Positions 1 through 9,403 of a DNA stretch of 64,000 bases are shown piece after piece. The stretch is from a virus. Lineage: Duplodnaviria > Heunggongvirae > Uroviricota > Caudoviricetes. The DNA lies in IMG/VR virus record IMGVR_UViG_3300025387_000012, positions 1-64,000 of that record, one strand, 5' to 3'. The stretch's first letter is position 1; every line of letters starts with the position of its first letter. Under the pieces are notes generated by a model that was given only the letters and a program-made list of their open reading frames with translations, was not told the origin of the DNA and ran no database searches. Made by a program: the position numbers and the translations under genes.

Positions 1-475
1 TAACCGTGAAGGTGCCAGTGATAGAACCACCAGAGAGACACCACGTTGTAGCGCGAGTGTTTGTAGCAACGCTGGACGTCAGCGTCATGTTGCCACCGAC
101 GTAGTTTAGACGGTTGGTGTCAAGCGTCGAAAGAAAGTCTACGAGGCTTGGGCTGTTACCGGTTGGGTATGCAGCAACAACTGCGCCTTGGGCCATGTTT
201 GCGGCCGTCGGCATGCCGGTCGTAGCGGTATTCTGCCACGTCGCCATGTTGTTGATGATCGTTTGGACGTTTGCCCACGTTTGATCTACGCCGCCGACTG
301 ATACGTTAGCAAGAGCCGGTGAAGTCTGACCGTAACCGCGGTCACCGTAACCAACACCCCATAGATAACCTGCGACCTTCTGTGCGGCGGCCGAAGAGGC
401 CGCCGCCGAACCGGTCACACCCGCTAGGGCGTTAAAGTCCGTTGCTTGGGTTACTGAACCTTTTGTGTAAGACAT
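1..475 (-). CDS. tail fibre-like protein, N-terminal portion (3' end of gene lies beyond window start)
   Basis: Open frame on minus strand with ATG at 475-473 preceded by GGAGAA RBS; translation MSYTKGSVTQATDFNALAGVTGSAAASS...GYGDRGYGQT is Gly/Ala/Thr-rich like adjacent fibre gene; no stop before position 1. Confidence 0.5.
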   Translation of the reverse strand, partial: MSYTKGSVTQATDFNALAGVTGSAAASSAAAQKVAGYLWGVGYGDRGYGQTSPALANVSVGGVDQTWANVQTIINNMATWQNTATTGMPTAANMAQGAVVAAYPTGNSPSLVDFLSTLDTNRLNYVGGNMTLTSSVATNTRATTWCLSGGSITGTFTV

Positions 476-508
476 TAAGTGTTCTCCAGATCTTCTTTAT
501 CCTACTAT

Positions 509-3500
509 TTAAGCGTAGGTCGCGTTCAGAGTGCCGTACGAACCGGACGTGAACTGGACAAACATGATCTTACCACCATTTGGAAGGCTGAATGCAGCGT
601 TAGCAGCAAGGCTGTCGATTGCCAATCCAGATGCAGGATAGACGTTGATAGCCGCCCCCGTTGTGTTCCAGATGATAAAGGTTGTACCAAGCGAGTTAGG
701 AAGTAGGACACCACCTGTACCGCTCGATACTACGTTAAGTTCCTTAGACAGTGCGGTTGCTGTACCTTGGCTGCTACCAGCAGCCGCGATACCGCTTGCG
801 TTAGACTTCGAAATGTAACCGGTAGCCATAGCAAGGTTACCGTTGAAGCTATGCGTACCAGCGACGTAGCTGATAGTACCGCTATCACCCGTACCGGTAG
901 ATGCAGAGTAACCAATGTAGCCCTGACGGTTTGCGTTAGCAGCAAAGAATGCCAGATAACCAGTATGGGTAGCATCACCAGAGTTCATAATCATTTGACC
1001 AGAACCAGAAGGACCAGCGATAACAGTTGTGTTACCGGTGACGCTGTTGGTTGCTGTCAGGTACTGAGCATTGAAGACACCAGAATCAGTCAGAGATGCG
1101 ATGACTGCAGAAGCCGCGCTGTTGACATACTCAAGGGTGTTGTTGGCACCGTTTTGACGAATATACTTGTTAACGCCGTTAGCGGTAAGCAGCAGACCAG
1201 AAGTACCGGTAGCGTTGCTGTTGGTGATAGTCATACCAATCATTGACGCGATGTTGCCGGATACCTGCACGGACTGCAGAGATGAAGTGTTGATGGTGAT
1301 AGTACCAGTCTGCGTAATGTTACCGCTATCATCCATCTGCCAAGGAACCGCCGAGTATGCGCTGTTGACAAACTGCAGAAGACCGTTAACCGCGCGGATG
1401 GTCTTGTTAGGCGTGGTAGCACCGTTACCGACCAGCTTGACGTTAGCACCATTAGTGCCAGTGTCAGTGACGATCACCGTGTTAGTAGAACCGGTAGATG
1501 TAGCGGTAAGAGCTTGACCTGCACCAGAGTTCGTAGCGTTCAGAATGCTGGTGTTGGTAGTTCCAGTCATCGTGATCGTACCAGAACCGGCGATACGGAT
1601 ACCGACGTTAGTGGAAGACCAAGGAACCAGAGTCAGAACACCGTTACCGATTGCAGCTGCAGAGGCAACGATCGTAGTATCACCCGCCTGAACTGCTGGG
1701 TTGAAGGAACCGGCAGTGTTGGAAGGAACGATAGAAACAGTCTGACCGTTCTGATAGACAAACACGGTTGCAGTTGCAGAGTTAGCAGAACCACCAGAGT
1801 TAACTGTCAGAGTGCTCAGAGTACCAACGCTTGTCAGCGAAGATGCAGTGACGGTAGAGTTAAGAGTCGAACCAGTCAGAGTACCAGCAGCTGCAGTTAC
1901 CGTACCAGAACCACCAAGGGAGATTGCAGTGCCGTTAACCGTGATAGAAGAGTTGGTCAGTGCGCTGTTTGGAATGCTGGTGAAGTTGGTACCAGCGAAG
2001 GTTGGTGCAGCACCAGAGTTGATGTTCTGTGGAAGCGAGATCGTAACTGCGCCGGTAGAACCAGATACGGATACTTGGTTCGTGGTACCAGCAAGAGAGG
2101 TAACACCAGCATTGGTCAGGGTGATCGAACCACCGAGTGAAACAGAACCACCACCTGACATACCAGTACCAGCCGTAACTGTTACTGACGAGTTGGACAG
2201 TGCACCATTTGGAATACCAGTGAAGTTAGTACCGGTCAGAGTAGGTGCGGTCGACCAAGATGGGGTAGTACCACCAACGAGGACGCCAGATCCGGTTGCA
2301 AGCATTGAAGTTGCACCAGAACCAGTCTGATAAGGAATAGAACCAGCAGCACCACCAGCGAGGTTAGTTGCAGTGGTTGCAGCAGCAACGGTACCAGTGA
2401 TACCAACAGTGACTGCACCAGTAGAACCAGACAGGCTGATGTTCGTACCAGCAACAAGGGAGGTAACACCCGTGTTGGTGATCGTGACCGCGCCGGTTGC
2501 TGCAACGTTAGCAGACAGGCCGGTGTTGGAAGTGATCGAGGTAACACCAGCGTTGGTCAGGGTGACCGAACCGCCGAGTGCAACAGCACCACCACCAGAG
2601 AGACCCGTACCAGCAGTTACAGTGACCGAAGAGTTGTTTAGTGCGCTGTTAGGAATGCTGGTGAGCGAAGCACCAGAACCGCTGAAGCCAGTTGCAGTCA
2701 GAAGACCGGTAGATGGGTTGAAGGTCAGCGTAGAAGCAACTTCAGCTGGCAGGTTACCAGAGGTAGCCGTTACGAACGTTGGATAAACGGTCGCGTTGGA
2801 CGTTACAGCGGTAATGCCAATGTTGGTTGCGTTGGTTGCAGAACCAACAGACGAAGCAGATGGAGCGGACCACTGCAGACCAGAACCGGTAGAGGTAAGG
2901 ATGTAACCAGAAGTACCGATCGAAAGAGTGGTTGTGGTGTCGGTTGCAGACTGATAAACGATAGAACCAGCAGCACCACCAGCAATGTTAGTTGCCTTAG
3001 TTGCAGTAGAAGCGTTACCAGCAAGAGTAGCCGTAATCGTACCAGCAGAGAAGTTGCCAGATGCGTCACGAGCAACAATCGTCGAAGCGGTGTTCGTGTC
3101 AGTTGCGTTAGAAGCAATCGATGGGTTACCAGAAACACCATCAGCATTCGAGATCGAAAGACCAACGCCGCTTACGCCGAGCGTACGAGTTGAAACCGTA
3201 CCGCTACCAGTTCTAGAGATAAAGCCGGTAGTTGAGAGGTTAGAAACTGCAGTCAGGTTGCTGTTAAGACCTTGAGCATCGGTGATGCCATAACCAGCCA
3301 GAGTCGTTGGAGTATTCGAAACATACGAGAAGGACAGGTTAGCGTTACCGCCAGTGACACGACCGTAGGAGTCAACAATAACCTGTGCAAAGGTACCAGC
3401 GGTAACACCGGTAGTTGCAAGGTCGATGCTGTTCGAGTTGATTACGATACGGCTTGAAGAAGCGGTTGCAACAGCAATGGTGTTACCGGTATGGGTAAGA

Positions 3501-4717
3501 CCACCATTTACCGTAAGACCACCAGCGCGGCTGAAGAGCGTCCATACGATTGGCGAAGAGCCAACAGTGATGTTGCCAGTTCCAGTTACGATCCATGAGG
3601 TGTTTGCATTCGAGGTACCGAGCTCAACAAAGACGGTGTCGCCAACAGCAACTTCAACCGATGGAGAACCGTCAAAGTCAGTTGCGCGAGTCCAAGTGCC
3701 AGAATCAGCAACGTAGATACCGTTCTGAGTGCTGTCTGCCTGATCCTTAACCAGAACGCGGTTAGGAGAAACAACACCAACGCCGTCAATCGTTTGGTTA
3801 CCAGCGAGAGTGATTGGGCCGGTAGTTGCTGCGATTACAGATTGCTTAACCAGAACACCAGAAGCAAGACCATCGACGTAAGCCTTGGTCGTAAGGTGAG
3901 TAGAAGCAGTTGGGGTCTGACCACTTACTGGAACACTGAAGGTCCAAGAGCCAGTGATCGTCTCATTGTCAGCAACGCGAGCAAGCAGGCTGTCGTTCGT
4001 GATTTGGCTTTCAGCAATCGAAAGAGCCGACTGATACTGGGTAACGCTTGCCTGAGAGATACGAGCAGAAGCGAGAGTACCAGAGATGATTGCAGAAGAG
4101 TCAAGTGCGATTGGAGTATTCGAAAGAGCAGTTACACGGCCCTTGCTGTCGACGGTGATGTAAGGAACGTTCGATGCAGAACCGTAAGCACCAGCAGCAA
4201 CACCAGTCGTGCCGAGAGTTGCGGTGATCGAGGTCGTGCCAGAACCAGTTACGTCACCGGTAAGGGTGATCGTTTGGTTGCCAGTCAGGTAGGTGTTGGT
4301 GTCCAGCGACCAGGTGTCTGCAGCGGTCTTCTTAAGGAAGCCGGAGGTACCGACGAGAGCACCGATCGCAGTAAGGTCTGCATCCAGTGGCTGTGCATCG
4401 GTGATGCCATAACCAGACAGAGTGGTTGGGTTAGAACCGCCGGTTACGATACCGGTCGAGTTAACTGTGATGGACTTGTAGGTGCCTGGGGTAACTACAT
4501 CTGGAAGAAGACCAGAGATGCTGTCGCCCTGCTGAACCATGCGAACCCACTGCGCTGTCGCTCCTTCGTACAGGTAAAGGCCAATCGCATAGGTGCCAGA
4601 GGTGTTGATGTAAAAGAACTCACCATTATCTGGTGTAGCTGGGAAGGTTGCTCCAGTGTCAACCACGAGGTTCTGGATTTCAGAACCTTCTACGAGCTTA
4701 ATACCATGGAAAAGCAT
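509..4717 (-). CDS. large tail fibre protein (1402 aa), Gly/Thr/Ser-rich with internal repeats
   Basis: 1402-aa ORF. N-terminus MLFHGIKLVEGSEIQNLVVDTGATFP typical of fibre N-domains. Two GYGITDAQ motifs. ~100-aa internal repeats (IPNSALxNSSVTVTAGTG(L/M)SGGG...VTLTNAGVTS x2-3). CCAAGGAG RBS upstream on minus strand. Confidence 0.8.
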   Translation of the reverse strand: MLFHGIKLVEGSEIQNLVVDTGATFPATPDNGEFFYINTSGTYAIGLYLYEGATAQWVRMVQQGDSISGLLPDVVTPGTYKSITVNSTGIVTGGSNPTTLSGYGITDAQPLDADLTAIGALVGTSGFLKKTAADTWSLDTNTYLTGNQTITLTGDVTGSGTTSITATLGTTGVAAGAYGSASNVPYITVDSKGRVTALSNTPIALDSSAIISGTLASARISQASVTQYQSALSIAESQITNDSLLARVADNETITGSWTFSVPVSGQTPTASTHLTTKAYVDGLASGVLVKQSVIAATTGPITLAGNQTIDGVGVVSPNRVLVKDQADSTQNGIYVADSGTWTRATDFDGSPSVEVAVGDTVFVELGTSNANTSWIVTGTGNITVGSSPIVWTLFSRAGGLTVNGGLTHTGNTIAVATASSSRIVINSNSIDLATTGVTAGTFAQVIVDSYGRVTGGNANLSFSYVSNTPTTLAGYGITDAQGLNSNLTAVSNLSTTGFISRTGSGTVSTRTLGVSGVGLSISNADGVSGNPSIASNATDTNTASTIVARDASGNFSAGTITATLAGNASTATKATNIAGGAAGSIVYQSATDTTTTLSIGTSGYILTSTGSGLQWSAPSASSVGSATNATNIGITAVTSNATVYPTFVTATSGNLPAEVASTLTFNPSTGLLTATGFSGSGASLTSIPNSALNNSSVTVTAGTGLSGGGAVALGGSVTLTNAGVTSITSNTGLSANVAATGAVTITNTGVTSLVAGTNISLSGSTGAVTVGITGTVAAATTATNLAGGAAGSIPYQTGSGATSMLATGSGVLVGGTTPSWSTAPTLTGTNFTGIPNGALSNSSVTVTAGTGMSGGGSVSLGGSITLTNAGVTSLAGTTNQVSVSGSTGAVTISLPQNINSGAAPTFAGTNFTSIPNSALTNSSITVNGTAISLGGSGTVTAAAGTLTGSTLNSTVTASSLTSVGTLSTLTVNSGGSANSATATVFVYQNGQTVSIVPSNTAGSFNPAVQAGDTTIVASAAAIGNGVLTLVPWSSTNVGIRIAGSGTITMTGTTNTSILNATNSGAGQALTATSTGSTNTVIVTDTGTNGANVKLVGNGATTPNKTIRAVNGLLQFVNSAYSAVPWQMDDSGNITQTGTITINTSSLQSVQVSGNIASMIGMTITNSNATGTSGLLLTANGVNKYIRQNGANNTLEYVNSAASAVIASLTDSGVFNAQYLTATNSVTGNTTVIAGPSGSGQMIMNSGDATHTGYLAFFAANANRQGYIGYSASTGTGDSGTISYVAGTHSFNGNLAMATGYISKSNASGIAAAGSSQGTATALSKELNVVSSGTGGVLLPNSLGTTFIIWNTTGAAINVYPASGLAIDSLAANAAFSLPNGGKIMFVQFTSGSYGTLNATYA

Positions 4718-4848
4718 ATGTAGAAGTCTCCTTGGGGTTGTCCGCTTTTTAGTTTAGCTGCTCAATATTTCGAAGATATTTATCCTGACAGCTCGGAAAA
4801 AGAACTTTAGCTGCATAAATAGGCCGTGTCAATCTTTCAAGGTTTCCC

Positions 4849-5730
4849 ATGGTCACTTTCAAACAGTTCCTCGCCGAGGGCGGTCACGCTACGTCAAAGT
4901 ATGACACCCAGCGCGCAAACTCATCTGACATTAGGGCAGCCATTGCCTTTGTTTCAAAGGCACTCAGCATCTCGGAAGCAAGCCTGCATAAGGATTTGCT
5001 TGGATCTACCGAGCTTACCCTTCTCGGAAAGAAGAAGGACAGCGGTGACATTGACATTGCGTTCTCGCTTGAGGACAGCGATGTCGACAGCATCAACGCG
5101 AAGATGATGAAGGCAGTTGGTGGTGAAGGCGGCTACAATGCCGGCACGAAGGTTGGCTCCTACGCGGTCCCCGTCAACGGCAAGAAGGTCCAGGTTGACC
5201 TGATGTTCGTAAAGAACAAGGACTGGGCAAAGTTCATGTACCATTCCGCTGAGGGAAATGGCTCCTCCTATCCCGGTGCGGTTCGCAACATCATCCTCTT
5301 TACCGCCCTCGCCCACACGCAAGTTCCTGGAAAGGATTTCGTTCTCAGAGACGATGAGGGTAAGCCTATCGCCCGCGCATCAAAATCCATCGTCATGGAT
5401 ACGGGCATGAAGCGTCTCTTCAAGATGTCGAAGCTCAATCCCAAGACTGGTAAGTACAACAAGGGCATCGACACAGTAACTCCTGAGGAACTTGAAGCAC
5501 ATCTCAAGAAGATTGGTAAGTCGATTAAGTTTTCGAAAGAGATCGAGCACACTGACAACCCTGATGAGATCGCTGAATACATCTTTGGTAAGGGCGTCAA
5601 GGCTAAGGACTTGATGACCGCTGAGAATGTTATCCAGCACATCAAGAAGCTCAAGAATGCTCCTACGATCATTAGCGCTGCAAAATCCGAGCTAACCCGG
5701 CTGAAGCTCCCTGTTCCCAAGGAACTTTAG
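4849..5730 (+). CDS. Pol-beta superfamily nucleotidyltransferase-like protein (Lys-rich, lower GC than neighbours)
   Basis: GS-x13-DID motif (GSTELTLLGKKKDSGDIDIAF) plus downstream VQVDLMF acidic strand = minimal NTase fold signature. Followed by strong rho-independent terminator. Confidence 0.5.
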   Translation: MVTFKQFLAEGGHATSKYDTQRANSSDIRAAIAFVSKALSISEASLHKDLLGSTELTLLGKKKDSGDIDIAFSLEDSDVDSINAKMMKAVGGEGGYNAGTKVGSYAVPVNGKKVQVDLMFVKNKDWAKFMYHSAEGNGSSYPGAVRNIILFTALAHTQVPGKDFVLRDDEGKPIARASKSIVMDTGMKRLFKMSKLNPKTGKYNKGIDTVTPEELEAHLKKIGKSIKFSKEIEHTDNPDEIAEYIFGKGVKAKDLMTAENVIQHIKKLKNAPTIISAAKSELTRLKLPVPKEL

Positions 5731-5749
5731 TGCGTAACTAAAAAGACTG

Positions 5750-5778
5750 TTTACAAACAGCTGGACCCATGGTAATAT
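5750..5778 (+). promoter_or_regulatory. sigma70-like promoter, conserved phage family (TTTACA-N17-TAATAT)
   Basis: CTGTTTACA motif + -10; followed only by terminator 5819-5858. Confidence 0.5.
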
Positions 5779-5818
5779 AATTCTACCATGGTAAGTCTCC
5801 TTTGCAACCATGCCAACT

Positions 5819-5858
5819 AGAGGGGTCTTCTTCGGGAGACCCCTTCTTTTTTGGTTGA
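5819..5858 (+). terminator. rho-independent terminator
   Basis: AGGGGTCT-loop-AGACCCCT stem followed by TTCTTTTTTGG. Confidence 0.7.
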
Positions 5859-5904
5859 CGCCACGGTAAATAGATACATCAAATCAACATAAGGAATAGC
5901 GCGT

Positions 5905-6675
5905 ATGATGGGACTGTCGCTTAGAACCGCAGACGTTCGTAATCTTTTCAAGGCCCTTCTCGCAGAACGCCAGTTCACTTCTGTGAACCGCGAAGGCTCG
6001 ATGACCAACCTGGTTGGCAACACCACCATCGAGATCGTGAATGCATCCTTCATCGCCGACGAACCTTCCATCTTTGGAAAGGTAAACCAGAAATACGTCG
6101 AGCGTGAGGAACAGTGGTACAACTCCATGTCTCTCAACGTAAATGACATCCCAGGTGGACCTCCTCAGATTTGGTCTGCCGTCGCCGATGACAAGGGGTT
6201 CATTAACTCCAACTACGGTTGGTGCATCTACTCCCCACAGAATGGCTTCTCGGCGTACGCCAACGTCGCTGACATTGCGAACAACCCAGACCTCCACAGC
6301 GACTGTCAGTACAACCGCGCTCGTGACGAGCTTCGCAAGAACCCCGAGAGCCGTCGAGCCGTCATGCTCTACACTCGTCCTTCGATGTGGTTGGACTACA
6401 ATCGCAACGGACGTTCTGACTTCATGTGCACCAACGCGGTGCAATATCTGATCCGTCAAGGACAGCTCCACGCGATCGTGCAGATGCGTTCCAACGATGC
6501 AATCTTTGGATTTCGCAACGACAGAGCCTGGCAGCAGCACGTCCTTGAAAAGCTAGCAGCCGATCTGGAAGTTCCAGCCGGAAACCTCTACTGGAATGCT
6601 GGTTCCCTCCACGTTTACGAGCGTCATTACAGCCTCGTTGATCCGGTGGGCTACGGTGAAAGCACTCCAGGCTAA
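5905..6675 (+). CDS. 42: deoxycytidylate 5-hydroxymethyltransferase (dCMP hydroxymethylase, T4 gp42-like; ThyA fold)
   Basis: Strong similarity to T4 gp42 over whole length (IEIVNASFIADEP, INSNYGWCIYS, RPSMW.DYNRNGRSDFMCTNAVQYLIR, MRSNDAIFGFRNDRAWQ, GSLHVYERH). Asp in FRND aligns with ThyA Asn177/T4 dCH Asp179, implying cytosine specificity. Confidence 0.9.
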   Translation: MMGLSLRTADVRNLFKALLAERQFTSVNREGSMTNLVGNTTIEIVNASFIADEPSIFGKVNQKYVEREEQWYNSMSLNVNDIPGGPPQIWSAVADDKGFINSNYGWCIYSPQNGFSAYANVADIANNPDLHSDCQYNRARDELRKNPESRRAVMLYTRPSMWLDYNRNGRSDFMCTNAVQYLIRQGQLHAIVQMRSNDAIFGFRNDRAWQQHVLEKLAADLEVPAGNLYWNAGSLHVYERHYSLVDPVGYGESTPG

Positions 6676-6807
6676 TCCTCAGAGGGTTTGGAGAGAGAAA
6701 ATCCTCAGTCGCGGCGACGAAAATCGCGGCTGAGGAGCATATTTGACTTCTCTTTTCAGGGGAAGCATGATATAATCTTCTTCAGATATACGTTGAGGAG
6801 GACTACT

Positions 6808-7185
6808 ATGAAGCACGTTTATGTTTCTCGCGATGAGCTCAAGCTTTTGCTGTCGCGCCTAGATGATAACGACGCTACGCCTATCGAAAAGAAGGACCTT
6901 TTCGGTGGCAAGTTGGAGACCCTATATCTGACGCGTCGCAACATTCGAGTTCTCCTGTCGAAGCTGGATCGCAAGGCCAATGGCGAGGACACTGTCTGCA
7001 CCATCGTGAAGAACGATACCGTGCACCCTCTCTATCCCTGCAGCGTTCAGCTTTACGTGACGGCGATCGATGATCACACCACGCCTTCTCCTTCTGGCGC
7101 CCGTGTTCATGCCGTCGAGGATGAAGCCTACTACACCGAACGTGATGCAGGTCGCATGCATCCGTCAGACGAGGCAAACGTATGA
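6808..7185 (+). CDS. hypothetical protein
   Basis: ATG with GAGGAGGA RBS; extended -10 TGATATAAT at 6765-6773 upstream; no recognisable domain. Confidence 0.5.
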   Translation: MKHVYVSRDELKLLLSRLDDNDATPIEKKDLFGGKLETLYLTRRNIRVLLSKLDRKANGEDTVCTIVKNDTVHPLYPCSVQLYVTAIDDHTTPSPSGARVHAVEDEAYYTERDAGRMHPSDEANV

Positions 7186-7415
7186 ACAAATTCAACTACG
7201 TCGTAGCGGCTCCTTGGCCTGATGGTGGGGGTTCTCTCTGCGTCTACGCTTACCACGGTCAGGTCCAGTATGGAACCCAAGCTTCAGCTGAGGGCTTTCT
7301 GAAATACGTTCAGGAACAGATCAAGGCTGAAGAGGACAAGGGCAATCGCTATACGTTTGAACCCCGATCTACCGACTACCGCATCTACAAGATCGGGATT
7401 GAACTTGAGCGCTGA
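7182..7415 (+). CDS. hypothetical protein
   Basis: ATGA overlap with upstream stop (translational coupling). Confidence 0.45.
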   Translation: MNKFNYVVAAPWPDGGGSLCVYAYHGQVQYGTQASAEGFLKYVQEQIKAEEDKGNRYTFEPRSTDYRIYKIGIELER

Positions 7416-7659
7416 GGCTCACATTTTTCTGCTGCTTCTCCGGCTTTTCGGCGCGTTCGTCATTGCGATCCTCGCAATGATCTTCTTGCGGATCGCATGG
7501 GACATGCTGCTTCACGGCCCAGAACGCATTCGCGAGTATCAGCGCTGGCGGTACGAACATCGAAACGACATCAACGGCATGTATGTCGACAAGGAGGGCA
7601 AGATCGTCCTCGTGAAAAGGTTTGACGACAAAGTAAATGAAGTACGAAACCCAGATTAA
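7357..7659 (+). CDS. hypothetical small membrane protein (start uncertain)
   Basis: ORF with one predicted TM helix (LFGAFVIAILAMIFLRIAW); overlaps both neighbours, true start probably internal. Confidence 0.3.
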   Translation: MNPDLPTTASTRSGLNLSAEAHIFLLLLRLFGAFVIAILAMIFLRIAWDMLLHGPERIREYQRWRYEHRNDINGMYVDKEGKIVLVKRFDDKVNEVRNPD

Positions 7660-9376
7660 CGACGCCTTCAAACGCCTCGGATTTGTTCCTCGCGACGGTC
7701 AACGTGAAGCGGTGAACCAAATCCTCGAGGCGTTTATCGATGAGAAGATGGAGAATGTTATCCTCAACGCGTCGACTGGTACGGGTAAGTCGATCATTGG
7801 GGCTGCAGCCGCTGAAGCCCTGACAGCAGCTCGAGGTGGAGGTGATCACACGATCAAGTCCTCTATCTCTCTGACCGCAACAAACGTCCTCGCGAAGCAG
7901 TATGACGCTACGTTCCATGGTCTTGGAGATCAGGGAAAGTACGTGATGATCAAGGGCGCGAGCAACTATGACTGCGATGCCCTCTCAACTCCCGAAGAAA
8001 AGCAGAATGCGGAAGCCTGCGCTTGGTACACGATGGTGCAGAGCGGCTCTGAGTTCGAGCACATCATGGCGAAGCACTGCAACTCCTGCGAATACCTGCA
8101 GGTAAAGCGGAAGAAGAACCTCACTCGCCACCTCACCACGAACTATTCCTACTTCTTCATCGATCGAATGTACACGGGCAAGTTTGAAGACCGAGACCTT
8201 CTGATCTGGGACGAAGCGCACCTCATCAACGATCTGTTCTCCGAGCACAACGCAATCCACTTCTCTCAGAAGCGGATCCAAGCCATGCAGAAGGAGATAG
8301 CTGAAACGGTTACCCTTACCGATTTGGAGATCATGAAGATCCTAACTCAGGTCGCGGCAGACTGCGGCAAGAAGGACAAGATCACCGAGAAGAACTACCA
8401 AGCCTACCTCAACGCCATGGTAAAGGTCTACACCTACGCCAAGGAAGCAGGCGTGGTTATGGCTGAGCGAGCTCTTCGATCCAACCAGATGGGGCAGTAC
8501 TCGAAGCTTACCCGCTTTACCAAGAAGTATGAGGGTCTTCTCTGCAAGATCGATGACCTCTTCAAGTACGACTATCCTCACGTGTTCGAGTACAAGGAAG
8601 ATGAGTGCTCTGTCTCTGTGAAGCCGGTATTTGTCGGACAGATGATGAAGGCGCTTCAATGCTCTGCCCACAACCTCTTCATGTCGGCTACTGTCTCTCC
8701 TGAGTTCATGACTAAGACGCTGGACCTCGATCCTCTGAAGACGAAGTTCATCAAGCTTCCTCCGACGTTCCCCAAGGAGAGCAAGGAGGTCGTATTCTTC
8801 GATACGCTCTCACTCTCCTACACGTCCCTTCAGAACCCAGACACCGTCAAGGCTCTTCGCAAGAACGTTGCCAAGATCGTGAAGCACCACATCGACGATG
8901 GTGAGCGAGGCATCATCCTCACCCCATCATTCAAGCTTCAGAACGAACTGGTCGCCGAGCTTACGAGCCAACCGTCCTTCAAGAACTACAAGCTCTTCGA
9001 ACATCGTCAAGGCGAGAAGCTCGAGCACATTCTCGTCGCCTTCAAGAGCTACAAGGGCGGACCAGCCGTCCTTATCTCTCCCTCCATGTTTGAGGGCATC
9101 GACCTTCCAGGAGACCTCTCTCGCTTCCAGATTTTGGTGAAGGCTCCCTTCCCATCTCTTGGTGACAAGCGAATGAAGTTCATCCTCGACCACCATCCAG
9201 ACCTCTACAACGCGATCACCATCATGAAGATGGTTCAGGGGGCTGGGCGATCGGTTCGTTCGAAGGACGACTTTGCAGTCACCTACTGTCTGGACAAGAA
9301 CGCAGAGCGGCTGTTCAGTGGCAAGTCAAACATCTGGAAAGATGAGTTCACTCTTCGGTATACGAAGTTCCTGTAA
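7637..9376 (+). CDS. Rad3/XPD/DinG-family ATP-dependent DNA helicase (FeS-type)
   Basis: Walker A NASTGTGKS, DEAH box (LLIWDEAHLIND), motif VI QGAGRSVR; four-Cys cluster (CDALS...EACAW...HCNSCEY) between Walker A and B as in XPD/DinG FeS domain. Confidence 0.75.
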   Translation: MKYETQINDAFKRLGFVPRDGQREAVNQILEAFIDEKMENVILNASTGTGKSIIGAAAAEALTAARGGGDHTIKSSISLTATNVLAKQYDATFHGLGDQGKYVMIKGASNYDCDALSTPEEKQNAEACAWYTMVQSGSEFEHIMAKHCNSCEYLQVKRKKNLTRHLTTNYSYFFIDRMYTGKFEDRDLLIWDEAHLINDLFSEHNAIHFSQKRIQAMQKEIAETVTLTDLEIMKILTQVAADCGKKDKITEKNYQAYLNAMVKVYTYAKEAGVVMAERALRSNQMGQYSKLTRFTKKYEGLLCKIDDLFKYDYPHVFEYKEDECSVSVKPVFVGQMMKALQCSAHNLFMSATVSPEFMTKTLDLDPLKTKFIKLPPTFPKESKEVVFFDTLSLSYTSLQNPDTVKALRKNVAKIVKHHIDDGERGIILTPSFKLQNELVAELTSQPSFKNYKLFEHRQGEKLEHILVAFKSYKGGPAVLISPSMFEGIDLPGDLSRFQILVKAPFPSLGDKRMKFILDHHPDLYNAITIMKMVQGAGRSVRSKDDFAVTYCLDKNAERLFSGKSNIWKDEFTLRYTKFL

Positions 9377-9403
9377 TGTGGTATAATGGGACGAGGAAAA
9401 CAC

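Noticed and set aside
526-4723. Numerous long ORFs on the + strand and other frames overlapping the tail-fibre gene (e.g. 767-1246, 1514-2140, 3794-4723)
   Set aside because: Artefacts of the repetitive, stop-poor Gly/Thr/Ser coding sequence; translations are Arg/Ser/Cys-rich nonsense and nest inside a 1402-aa gene with clear fibre features.
4740-4848. Candidate late promoters (ATAAATA-like) for the tail-fibre genes and NTase gene
   Set aside because: Only 6-7/8 matches to the T4 TATAAATA late consensus, and the late-promoter consensus of this phage is unknown; too weak to annotate.
5884-6540. 218-aa minus-strand ORF opposite the dCMP hydroxymethylase gene
   Set aside because: Antisense to a gene with unambiguous homology; no start context.
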